From: an uncultured bacterium
GTDB lineage: Bacteria; Verrucomicrobiota; Verrucomicrobiia; Chthoniobacterales; Terrimicrobiaceae
Reading direction: 5' to 3'
DNA length: 42,062 nt
Assembly: GCA_963923595.1 (NCBI GenBank)
Contig: CAWUMN010000001.1
Span: forward strand, 1-42,062
A program made the position numbers and the translations under genes. Positions 27,281-34,818 of the stretch are shown here, in pieces (position 1 is the stretch's first letter; the number at the start of each line of letters is the position of its first letter). The notes under the pieces were generated by a model that saw nothing but the letters and a program-made list of their open reading frames with translations, ran no database searches and was not told the DNA's origin.

Positions 27281-28822
27281 TCAAAGCCAGAGGCGGCGGT
27301 CGAGGGAACGGTATTGGATCGCCTCGCCGATGTGCTCGGCGGTGATAGCCTCGCTCCCGGCGAGATCGGCGATGGTGCGCGCGACTTTGAGGATGCGATC
27401 GTAGGCGCGGGCGCTGAGATGCAGGTCCTCCATGGCGTGCCGGAGCATTTCGGTGGAGTCGGCGTCGAGCGCGCAGAATTTCTTGATCTGACTGTGGCCC
27501 ATGCGGGCGTTTGCGGGAGTTTTTCCCTGATCCGAGAAACGGAGCTTTTGGATTTCGCGGCAACGCAACACCCGCTCACGGATGGCAGCGGATGTTTCAC
27601 CTAAACCGCCGCCGGAGAGTTCCTTGAAAGCAACAGCGGGCGCCTCGACATGGATGTCGATGCGGTCCAGAAGGGGGCCGGAAATGCGGTTTCGATACCG
27701 TTCGATCTGGGCGGGCGAGCAACGGCACTCGCGCTGCGGATCGCCGAAAAATCCGCACGGGCAGGGATTCATCGCCGCGATGAGAACGAACCCGGCGGGG
27801 AAGGTCATCGTCCCTGCGGCGCGGCTGATCGTGACTTTTCCATCCTCGAGTGGCTGGCGCATGACCTCGAGTGTGGAGCGTTTGAACTCCGGCAACTCGT
27901 CGAGAAAAAGAACGCCGTTATGGGCCACACTCACCTCGCCCGGCGTGGGATTCGTGGACCCGCCGAGCAGGCCGATGTCGCTGATCGTGTGGTGCGGTGC
28001 GCGGAAGGGACGGCGCGAGACGAAGGCGTTCTTCTCATCGAGCAGGCCGCAAACGCTGTGGATTTTGGTCGTTTCGATCGCCTCCTCGAGCGTCATGGCC
28101 GGCATGATGGTGGGAATGCGCTTGGCAAGCATGCTTTTGCCCGAGCCGGGCGGACCGATGAGCAGGAGATTGTGAGCTCCGGCGATGGCGACCTCGATGG
28201 CGCGTTTCACCTGGTGCTGGCCTTTGACCTCCGAAAAATCCACCTCGGCAGGCGAGGCGGAGTCGAGCATTTGGGCGGCATCGGCGCGAACGGGGGCGAG
28301 GTCGATTTTGCGGGCGAGGAATTCATAGGCCTCGCGGAGATTTTTCACCCCGTAGACCTCAATGCCCTCGACAATCGAGGCCTCCGCGGCGTTCGCAGCG
28401 GGCAGGATGACGGCCTTCTTTCCGCGCGCGCGGGCCTCGACGGCTATCGGCAGCGCCCCTTTGACAGGGCGAATTTCTCCGGTGAGGGCGAGTTCGCCAA
28501 CGACAAAGCAGCGTTCGAGACGGGGAAGCTCGGCGCGTTCGGCGGCCGCGACCATCCCCACAGCAATCGGGAGATCGAAACTCGGACCCTCTTTTTTAAT
28601 ATCGGCCGGAGCGAGGTTGATCGTCGTGCGCTCGCGGGGCCAACGCAGGCCGCTGTTCGCGATGGCGGTGGTGACGCGGTCCTTGCTCTCGCGGACGGCA
28701 GCGTCGGGCAGCCCTACCACAATGACGACTGGGTTGCCCGCGCCGATGTTCACCTCGACCTCCACCTCAATGGCCTCAACACCCTGAACGGCGGCGGAGA
28801 AAACGCGGGTAAGCATGGGCAA
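27281..28822 (-). CDS. comM: YifB/ComM family Mg-chelatase-like AAA+ ATPase
   Basis: Lon-like N-terminal domain, Walker [14 protein letters not shown], Walker [11 protein letters not shown] and the C-terminal [18 protein letters not shown] block. Confidence 0.88.
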   Translation of the reverse strand: MPMLTRVFSAAVQGVEAIEVEVEVNIGAGNPVVIVVGLPDAAVRESKDRVTTAIANSGLRWPRERTTINLAPADIKKEGPSFDLPIAVGMVAAAERAELPRLERCFVVGELALTGEIRPVKGALPIAVEARARGKKAVILPAANAAEASIVEGIEVYGVKNLREAYEFLARKIDLAPVRADAAQMLDSASPAEVDFSEVKGQHQVKRAIEVAIAGAHNLLLIGPPGSGKSMLAKRIPTIMPAMTLEEAIETTKIHSVCGLLDEKNAFVSRRPFRAPHHTISDIGLLGGSTNPTPGEVSVAHNGVLFLDELPEFKRSTLEVMRQPLEDGKVTISRAAGTMTFPAGFVLIAAMNPCPCGFFGDPQRECRCSPAQIERYRNRISGPLLDRIDIHVEAPAVAFKELSGGGLGETSAAIRERVLRCREIQKLRFSDQGKTPANARMGHSQIKKFCALDADSTEMLRHAMEDLHLSARAYDRILKVARTIADLAGSEAITAEHIGEAIQYRSLDRRLWL

Positions 28823-28900
28823 GCACTAGCAGAAAACGGGTGTGTGGTTGCAAGCCGCGAGTGCTGGCGGACTCGCGCCGGGTCGTGTTAGGAAAAGCAG

Positions 28901-29641
28901 ATGTCGAATCCCTACGAAAGCCACCGTCTTGTCGGGGAGTATTTGTTTTTCCACTACGCAAGCTTTGAAGAGGCGGCGGGAGAACTTCCGGCGCCACGCG
29001 AGGCTTGGGGCTTTGCGGAACGGATCGTAAGCGACTTGCTCGGGGATTCAGGATCAATGGAATCGGCGCTGGATGTGGGTTGCGCAGTCGGGCGGTCCTC
29101 GTTCGAGCTCGCCCGGCAGGTGAAAAGGGTCGTCGGCGTGGATTATTCCAAGGCGTTTATCGATGCTTCGCAAACCCTGCGAGCCACAGGCAAAATGCCG
29201 GGCGAGGTTTTGGCGGAGGGCGAGCGCATGCAGGGGTTCGAAGCCCAAGTGCCACCGGGCATCGAGCGCGAACGGGTGGAATTTCTCGTAGGCGACGCCA
29301 CCGACCTTCCGCCGCTCGGGGCGTTTGATGTGGTGCTGGCGGCGAATTTGATTTGCCGGTTGCCGGAACCGCGAAAGTTTCTCAAGCGCCTGCCATCGCT
29401 GGTCAAAAGCGGCGGGCAACTTCTTCTGGCCACGCCGTTTTCCTGGCTCGAGGAATTCACGCCGAGAGAGCATTGGCTAGGCGGACGCAAAGGTTCCCCT
29501 TCCTCTTTCGAGGTTCTACGGCAAATTCTCGAACCCGACTTCGAACTCGAAACCACCAAAAACCTTCCCTTTCTAATCCGTGAACACTCCCGAAAATTCC
29601 AATACGGCATCTCCCTCGGATCGCGCTGGCGTCGGCGTTGA
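28901..29641 (+). CDS. class I SAM-dependent methyltransferase, OvoA C-terminal-domain-like (putative 4-mercaptohistidine N1-methyltransferase family)
   Basis: SAM motif I LDVGCAVGRSSFELA. The N-terminal NPYESHRLVGEYLFFHY and C-terminal FLIREHSRKFQYG blocks resemble the stand-alone OvoA-Cterm family as I recall it. The family assignment is not verified. Confidence 0.55.
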   Translation: MSNPYESHRLVGEYLFFHYASFEEAAGELPAPREAWGFAERIVSDLLGDSGSMESALDVGCAVGRSSFELARQVKRVVGVDYSKAFIDASQTLRATGKMPGEVLAEGERMQGFEAQVPPGIERERVEFLVGDATDLPPLGAFDVVLAANLICRLPEPRKFLKRLPSLVKSGGQLLLATPFSWLEEFTPREHWLGGRKGSPSSFEVLRQILEPDFELETTKNLPFLIREHSRKFQYGISLGSRWRRR

Positions 29642-30215
29642 CTGGGAGGCGCGCTACAACGCAGGCGACACGCCATGGGAAAAAGGCGCACCGCACCCCG
29701 CGCTGGTGGACTGGCTTGCAAAGAATCCCCTCCCCGGCCGCGTGCTCGTGCCCGGTTGCGGAGCGGGACACGATGTCCGGGAAATATCAAAAAATCCCGC
29801 CAGCGAGGTGGTCGGCATCGACATCGCCCCTTCGGCGATTCGCATGGCGGGGAGCTTTTCGCCAGTCGGTCGCGAGACCTATGTGCTGGGGGATTATTTG
29901 GCTGGCGAGGCGCGGCGGCTCGGACCGTTCGATTCCATGGTCGAGCACACTTGTTTTTGCGCGATCCACCCCTCGCGCCGCAAGGACTACGCCCTCGAGG
30001 CCGCTGCGGCACTGAAACCCGGCGGGTTGCTTATGGGAGTTTTTTACGGGAACCCGGACAACCCCGAAACCGACTCCCCGCCGTTTCGCAGTCCCTCCGA
30101 GGTGGTGAGGGAGCTTTTTGCGCGGGATTTCGAGGTTTTGAGCGAAACCTCGCCGGTGCCAACCTACCAGGGACGCGAGGGTCGCGAGTATGTGATGGTT
30201 TTGCGGAGACGCTGA
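29580..30215 (+). CDS. TPMT-family (thiopurine/thiol/halide) S-methyltransferase-like protein
   Basis: WEARYNAGDTPWEKGAPHPALVDWL and VLVPGCGAGHDV blocks. The only available start is GTG at 29580, directly after an in-frame TAA, which gives a 62-nt overlap with the upstream gene. Confidence 0.65.
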   Translation: MNTPENSNTASPSDRAGVGVDWEARYNAGDTPWEKGAPHPALVDWLAKNPLPGRVLVPGCGAGHDVREISKNPASEVVGIDIAPSAIRMAGSFSPVGRETYVLGDYLAGEARRLGPFDSMVEHTCFCAIHPSRRKDYALEAAAALKPGGLLMGVFYGNPDNPETDSPPFRSPSEVVRELFARDFEVLSETSPVPTYQGREGREYVMVLRRR

Positions 30216-30291
30216 AAGACATGGGAGCCGAAAAAACCACTGCTTACTTTTTCTTTCACCCCATGTCGGATATGGCATTTTCTTCAATCAC

Positions 30292-31296
30292 ATGAGCAAT
30301 ACCTCCACGGAATCGCCGATCCCCGCTGCGCCGGTGGGAACGACTTTCAAGGTGGCTGTTGGATTGCTGACCGCTTTTTTGGTCCTGCAAATCGCGGCCG
30401 TAGCCTGGTTTTTCCTGCCACGGCTTCAAGAAACAATCGTCAGCCGCGCGGTGGCCCAAAAGCCGGCGGAAGCCCCAACGCCCGCCCCAGTCGTCGCCGC
30501 AACGCCAGTCCCCCAACCCGCCGCCTCCCCCACGCCGAAGGAGCCCGACGAGGCGACCTACGAAAAAATCACCTCACTGGTAGCCGAGTCGGACAAGGCG
30601 TTTCGCATCGGAGAATACGAACAAGGACTCGAAAAAATCCGCGAAGCCGACCGACTCCTTCCAAACGACGCGGGAATCCTCCTCCGGATCGGACGCCTTC
30701 ACGAAAAGCGCGGAGAAACGGCCGATGCCTCGACGGTCTACAATACCGTTCTCGCATTGCCAGACCTGAGCCAGGAATTGCGCGCCCAGACCCGGCGCAA
30801 GCTCGCGATGCTCGATGTGGCCAAACCCCAACCGACCGCGCCTTCCATGGTTGCCGCCGAAAAAGGCGCCGATGCCCGCGACGAGTTCGGCCTCCAACCC
30901 GGCGCCATCCTTGGCATCGTCGATACCCGGATCAATGACGCCGCTGATGGGAAAAAAATCCTCCGCATCTCGATCAAATCCCGCCCGGGCCAGACGATCG
31001 ATACCACGCAAATGCGCGTTCATGTTTTCTTCTACGACAAGGACACGGGGGGGGACATCGAGCTCACCGATTCGAAGATCGTGACCGAGTGGATCAGCCC
31101 GCCGGTGAACTGGAGCGACAACGAACCGGAATTGCTCGACGCGACCTACACCAAACCCACTGAACCCGGCTTTGAATTCGCCGGGTATGTGGTGGGAATT
31201 TATTACGCCGGCGAATTGCAGGACACGCGTGCCAACCCGGGTTCCCTCGCGACGAACCACCCCCTGCCTCTTTATCTTCCCAAAGAGACCCCGTGA
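30292..31296 (+). CDS. bitopic membrane protein: N-terminal TM helix, Pro/Ala/Thr-rich linker, TPR-like helical region, beta-rich C-terminal domain; function unknown
   Basis: TM segment FKVAVGLLTAFLVLQIAAVAWFFL, linker AEAPTPAPVVAATPVPQPAASPTPKEP, TPR-like AFRIGEYEQGLEKIREADRLLPNDAGILLRIGRLHEKRGE. Its stop overlaps the next start (GTGA). Confidence 0.6.
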   Translation: MSNTSTESPIPAAPVGTTFKVAVGLLTAFLVLQIAAVAWFFLPRLQETIVSRAVAQKPAEAPTPAPVVAATPVPQPAASPTPKEPDEATYEKITSLVAESDKAFRIGEYEQGLEKIREADRLLPNDAGILLRIGRLHEKRGETADASTVYNTVLALPDLSQELRAQTRRKLAMLDVAKPQPTAPSMVAAEKGADARDEFGLQPGAILGIVDTRINDAADGKKILRISIKSRPGQTIDTTQMRVHVFFYDKDTGGDIELTDSKIVTEWISPPVNWSDNEPELLDATYTKPTEPGFEFAGYVVGIYYAGELQDTRANPGSLATNHPLPLYLPKETP

Positions 31297-33242
31297 AAAT
31301 CCTCGCGGCTTTCAATGAAATCCCCGCCGGTGAATCGGCGGCGGCATTGTTTGTCGAGTTTGGTTGGACGCGGCCTGAAACAGCTGAAAATTCCGATAAG
31401 GCCATCGCCTGCGTAGAAGCCATGGGAGGGTGCGACCTGCTGGTTACCGAGGTTTTCCTCCCACCTCTGGGCGGATTCACCCTGCGCGACACGCTCCGCA
31501 GCCGCTACCCAGGAATGCGGACGATTTTTGTCTCGTCGCGAGACATCTCTTCCTACGCAGGCCTTTTGCAGGGTGATCCTTTGCTCACGCTCCCGCTCCC
31601 AGCCACAGACCTTCGCGAATGCCTCGATACGCTTTTCCCGCCGCCGGTTCCCGAGGATTTGACCGGCACGGTTTTTGGGAAGTTCCGGATTCGAGAAAAG
31701 CTCTCCGAACGCAACGGAGTCGAAATCTACCGCGCCCGAAGAATCGACGATGCCCATCAGGCGATGATCCATGTGTTGGTTCGCCAAAATCCACCAGACC
31801 CCGCGAAAGGCGCCGCGTTTTTGCAGGAGGCCCAAGCCAAGATGCGGCTCTCCCATCCGCGCGTGCTCGAGGTTTCCCACACTGGAATCGCCGAGGGCCG
31901 CGAGTATTTCTGCACCGAGTTTTTGGGTGACGCCACGCTGGAAAAAACGATCGCAAACGGCCACCGAATCGACTCCGCCACGGCGCTCCAGATCATCCGC
32001 CTTGCCGCCGAGGTTTTCGCTTATTGTGAAAAGCGAAACATCCCCCTCGCTCCGCTCACCGCCGCAGCGATCCTCCTCCCGAAAAACGCCCTCCCCCGGC
32101 TCGCCAACATCGCCCTCCCGGCAGACTCCGCCACCCAGACTCCCGTAGCCCAAATGAAGGCGCTCGGCACTCTAACCCTCGAGTCGATCGATCCTTCCGC
32201 AGACAAGGCCCGCGAGATCGCCTGGCGGTTGCTCGACACCGAGACAAATCCTCTGTCTTGGGAGGAAGTCGAAAATCTCTCATCCCCCTCCCCAACCCGA
32301 GTCATTGAAATCCCTCCCGCCGTTCCGCGGCCCGCTCCCAACCCCAAAAAGATTTCCTTGGCCCTGATCCTCGCTGGCACCGCCCTGACCTTGACCTCAA
32401 TGGCAGTCGGCCTGTGGCTTTACCTTTCGCCGACAACGGCAAAAATCCAAATCCAAGACCTCGGCGCTCTGGTCGAAATCCCCGCCGGCCCATTCGACTA
32501 CCAAGGCCAGCCCGCCAACCTGCCGACATTTTATATTTCCAAATACGAGGTCACGATCGCCGAATACCAAAAATTCCTCGAGGACCTCGAGCGCCATCCC
32601 GAAAAGGCCGCAGCAATCGCCCACCCCTTCCAACCTCTCGGCAAATCGCATGTGCCGAAAGGCTGGGCCGACCAGACCGACATCACCCCGCCCACCCCCG
32701 GCTACCACCAGCGGGCCTTGCGCGACGGCCAATACCTCGGGGCTCCCCTCACGCCCGACTCCCCGGTTTTTGGAGTCGATTGGTTCGACGCCTACGCCTA
32801 CGCGAAGTGGGCCGGGCGACGACTTCCCACCGAGCGGGAATGGGAAAAAGCTGCCCGCGGCCCGAACTCGACTCGCCACCCATGGGGCAACGAGGATTCC
32901 GAGACTTTCGCCAATCTTGGCTTCGATTTCACTCCCAGCCCCGACGCCAAGATTGGGGGCGAGAAGGACGGATTCAAACGCTGGAGCCGCGTCGACTCCC
33001 CGGCCAAAGACCGCAGCGGCTACGGGGTCCAGGGAATGGCGGGAAATGTGTCCGAATGGACGGCGATCTGGACCGAAACCACATCCGGTCAGCGTATGCC
33101 CGTCTATCGCGGGGGAAATTGGATGACCGGCTTTGGCAATGCCACCGACTCCGCCACCACGACCCGCCGCGGCACGGATTTGACCCCGCTCGAAACCAGC
33201 GACACGATGGGATTCCGAACCGCCGCCGACAAACCCGAATAA
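31293..33242 (+). CDS. pseudo-receiver / pseudo-Ser-Thr-kinase / TM / FGE-sulfatase (SUMF1-like) domain fusion protein
   Basis: Domain order read from the translation (see findings). FGE blocks: YISKYEVTIAEYQKFL, GVDWFDAYAYAKWAGRRLPTEREWEKAARG, GMAGNVSEWT, YRGGNW. Confidence 0.7.
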   Translation: MKILAAFNEIPAGESAAALFVEFGWTRPETAENSDKAIACVEAMGGCDLLVTEVFLPPLGGFTLRDTLRSRYPGMRTIFVSSRDISSYAGLLQGDPLLTLPLPATDLRECLDTLFPPPVPEDLTGTVFGKFRIREKLSERNGVEIYRARRIDDAHQAMIHVLVRQNPPDPAKGAAFLQEAQAKMRLSHPRVLEVSHTGIAEGREYFCTEFLGDATLEKTIANGHRIDSATALQIIRLAAEVFAYCEKRNIPLAPLTAAAILLPKNALPRLANIALPADSATQTPVAQMKALGTLTLESIDPSADKAREIAWRLLDTETNPLSWEEVENLSSPSPTRVIEIPPAVPRPAPNPKKISLALILAGTALTLTSMAVGLWLYLSPTTAKIQIQDLGALVEIPAGPFDYQGQPANLPTFYISKYEVTIAEYQKFLEDLERHPEKAAAIAHPFQPLGKSHVPKGWADQTDITPPTPGYHQRALRDGQYLGAPLTPDSPVFGVDWFDAYAYAKWAGRRLPTEREWEKAARGPNSTRHPWGNEDSETFANLGFDFTPSPDAKIGGEKDGFKRWSRVDSPAKDRSGYGVQGMAGNVSEWTAIWTETTSGQRMPVYRGGNWMTGFGNATDSATTTRRGTDLTPLETSDTMGFRTAADKPE

Positions 33243-33244
33243 CG

Positions 33245-34186
33245 ATGTTCCCGACCCTCAAAAAAACCACCGCCCTGCTTCTCGCCCTTATTGCCATCCT
33301 GCCGACCGCCCGTTCGCAGATTCAAGTCGAGACCACCCTCAAGCGCTCGCTCTACCTAGCCTACGAGCCACTGATCGTGAATGTTTCGATCGAAAACCTC
33401 ACCGGCAATTCGCTCAATCTTCGCGACACCGACAGCATCCCTTGGTTCGGATTCCAGATCGAAACCCTCGACGGCCGCCCCGTTCCGCCGCTCAACTCGG
33501 GACACACAAACGAGCCTTTGCTCCTCAAACCCGGTGAAAAACTCACCCGCGCCGTGAATCTCACCCCGCTTTTTCCCATCGGCGAATTCGGCGGCTACCG
33601 CCTCCGTGCTCAGATTCACGCCGAGTCGATCGGCCAGACCTTTTCCTCCCAACCAATCAATATCGAGATCACCGAGGGGCGTTCCGTTTTTGAAAAAACC
33701 GTAGGCGTTCCGGCCGACCAGCCCGGCGGCGGAGGAATCCGCAAAATCTCCCTCCTCACGCACCGCCTCCCCAACAGCACCCAACTTTACCTCCGGATCA
33801 CGGACCCCAAAGCCAGCCTGATCAAATGCACCCACCGCCTCGGTCGCCTCGTCTCCTATGGCTCCCCGGAGGTCCTTTTCGACAGCGCCAACCAAATCCA
33901 TATCTTCCAGAATGTCGCCCCGAAGGTCTTCCTCTACTCCCACATCGGCCTCAACGGAGAAGTCCTCGAACGAAAAACCTATCAGCAAAACAAAAAACGC
34001 CCTGTCCTGAAATTGAAGGACGACGGCCAGGTCGTCGTCATCGGCGCCCAGGAAATCGATCCCGCCGCCGCCGAGCGCGAACAAACCACCCCCTCGATCT
34101 CCGACCGCCCGGTTCCCCTTCCCGACTCCGACACCGACCTCACCCCAAAGGATGAGAAGCGGCCCAAGAACCTTCTCTCCCGCTGA
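33245..34186 (+). CDS. secreted protein of unknown function (signal peptide, beta-rich, Lys/Pro/Asp-rich tail)
   Basis: The ATG at 33245 lies 2 nt after the upstream stop. Signal peptide MFPTLKKTTALLLALIAILPTARSQ. The ORF-track extension back to 32414 overlaps the FGE gene and is rejected. Confidence 0.6.
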   Translation: MFPTLKKTTALLLALIAILPTARSQIQVETTLKRSLYLAYEPLIVNVSIENLTGNSLNLRDTDSIPWFGFQIETLDGRPVPPLNSGHTNEPLLLKPGEKLTRAVNLTPLFPIGEFGGYRLRAQIHAESIGQTFSSQPINIEITEGRSVFEKTVGVPADQPGGGGIRKISLLTHRLPNSTQLYLRITDPKASLIKCTHRLGRLVSYGSPEVLFDSANQIHIFQNVAPKVFLYSHIGLNGEVLERKTYQQNKKRPVLKLKDDGQVVVIGAQEIDPAAAEREQTTPSISDRPVPLPDSDTDLTPKDEKRPKNLLSR

Positions 34187-34280
34187 CCTCCCAGACTTTC
34201 CGCTTGCCCCGCCGCCGGGTCACGGCGATTCTGGATTCACTGCGATGCCTCTTCCCAAGCGGTTTTGCGGACAAACTGCC

Positions 34281-34362
34281 GCTCGGGTGGCGAAATTGGC
34301 AGACGCGCCAGACTTAGGATCTGGTGGAGCAATCCATAGGGGTTCGAGTCCCCTCCCGAGCA
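34281..34362 (+). tRNA. tRNA-Leu (anticodon UAG)
   Basis: Manual cloverleaf. Acceptor GCTCGGG/CCCGAGC. 3-bp D stem with an 11-nt loop. Anticodon arm CCAGA-CTTAGGA-TCTGG. Long variable arm TGGA-GCAA-TCCA. T arm AGGGG-TTCGAGT-CCCCT. Discriminator A. CCA is not encoded. Confidence 0.9.
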
Positions 34363-34556
34363 CTCCCCAGCCTCACAAATTCTCCCCCGACCCGAACCAA
34401 CCACCCGCACACCCCCAAAAAACCAGCCTCCGCGAGGGTCAAGAATTTTCACCCCAAAATCTGAAATTTTTACCCCCGAAAATTCATCTTTTTTCTTGTG
34501 ACAAAATCCACCGGTTTCTAATCTGCCGCCGCTGGCGGAAACAAGAACCGACAGCT

Positions 34557-34576
34557 TGTGAATAAGTTGTGAATAA
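34557..34576 (+). promoter_or_regulatory. two tandem DnaA-box-like sites TGTGAATAA (8/9 to TGTGGATAA) at 34557-34565 and 34568-34576
   Basis: Read directly: cagctTGTGAATAAgtTGTGAATAAattg. Confidence 0.55.
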
Positions 34577-34802
34577 ATTGAAAACCATGAATTTGGCAGT
34601 TCGATTCCATCGCCCCTCACGGGCACAGGGGAATTATGACCCGCTTTTCATGCTTCCAAGCCGGAGCGCTTTCCTAAATGGGTTAACTGGCTCTATTCAG
34701 ATTTTTTACAATAAAAAATCAATCGCGTCCCGATTTTTTGACTTGTTTCGGGACCAACCGATCTCAATTCTGTCCCTGATCCTGCGCCGCAAGGCCGGTC
34801 GC

Positions 34803-34811
34803 GGTGGATAA
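34803..34811 (+). promoter_or_regulatory. DnaA-box-like site GGTGGATAA (8/9) 7 nt upstream of the dnaA ATG
   Basis: Read directly: cgcGGTGGATAAaaccatcATG. Confidence 0.5.
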
Positions 34812-34818
34812 AACCATC

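Larger units (their letters stand above)
34363..34818. other. candidate oriC / dnaA control region
   Basis: Largest non-coding stretch in the window, with DnaA-box-like 9-mers, AT-rich tracts and a G-depleted C-rich tract. Lies directly upstream of dnaA. Confidence 0.5.

Noticed and set aside
27277-27600. N-terminal 108-aa extension of the porin ORF (the track gives 26002-27600).
   Set aside because: It fully overlaps the 3' end of comM in another frame. The porin has a proper signal peptide starting at the ATG at 27276, 4 nt after the comM stop.
32414-33244. 277-aa N-terminal extension of the secreted-protein ORF (the track gives 32414-34186).
   Set aside because: It overlaps the FGE-sulfatase domain coding region. 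The extension is Arg/Pro-rich and low in complexity. The ATG at 33245 is followed by a clean signal peptide.
34281-34362. tRNA-Leu as the attachment site of an integrated element.
   Set aside because: There is no integrase or recombinase gene within the window. I found no repeat of the tRNA 3' half elsewhere. The flanking genes are housekeeping.
34569-34811. 80-aa ORF (GTG start) inside the dnaA upstream region; also the ORF at 34152-34565 that covers the tRNA.
   Set aside because: The first lies in AT-rich non-coding DNA with atypical codon usage, its start sits inside a DnaA-box-like site, and it has no Shine-Dalgarno or recognisable motif. The second overlaps a well-folded tRNA-Leu.
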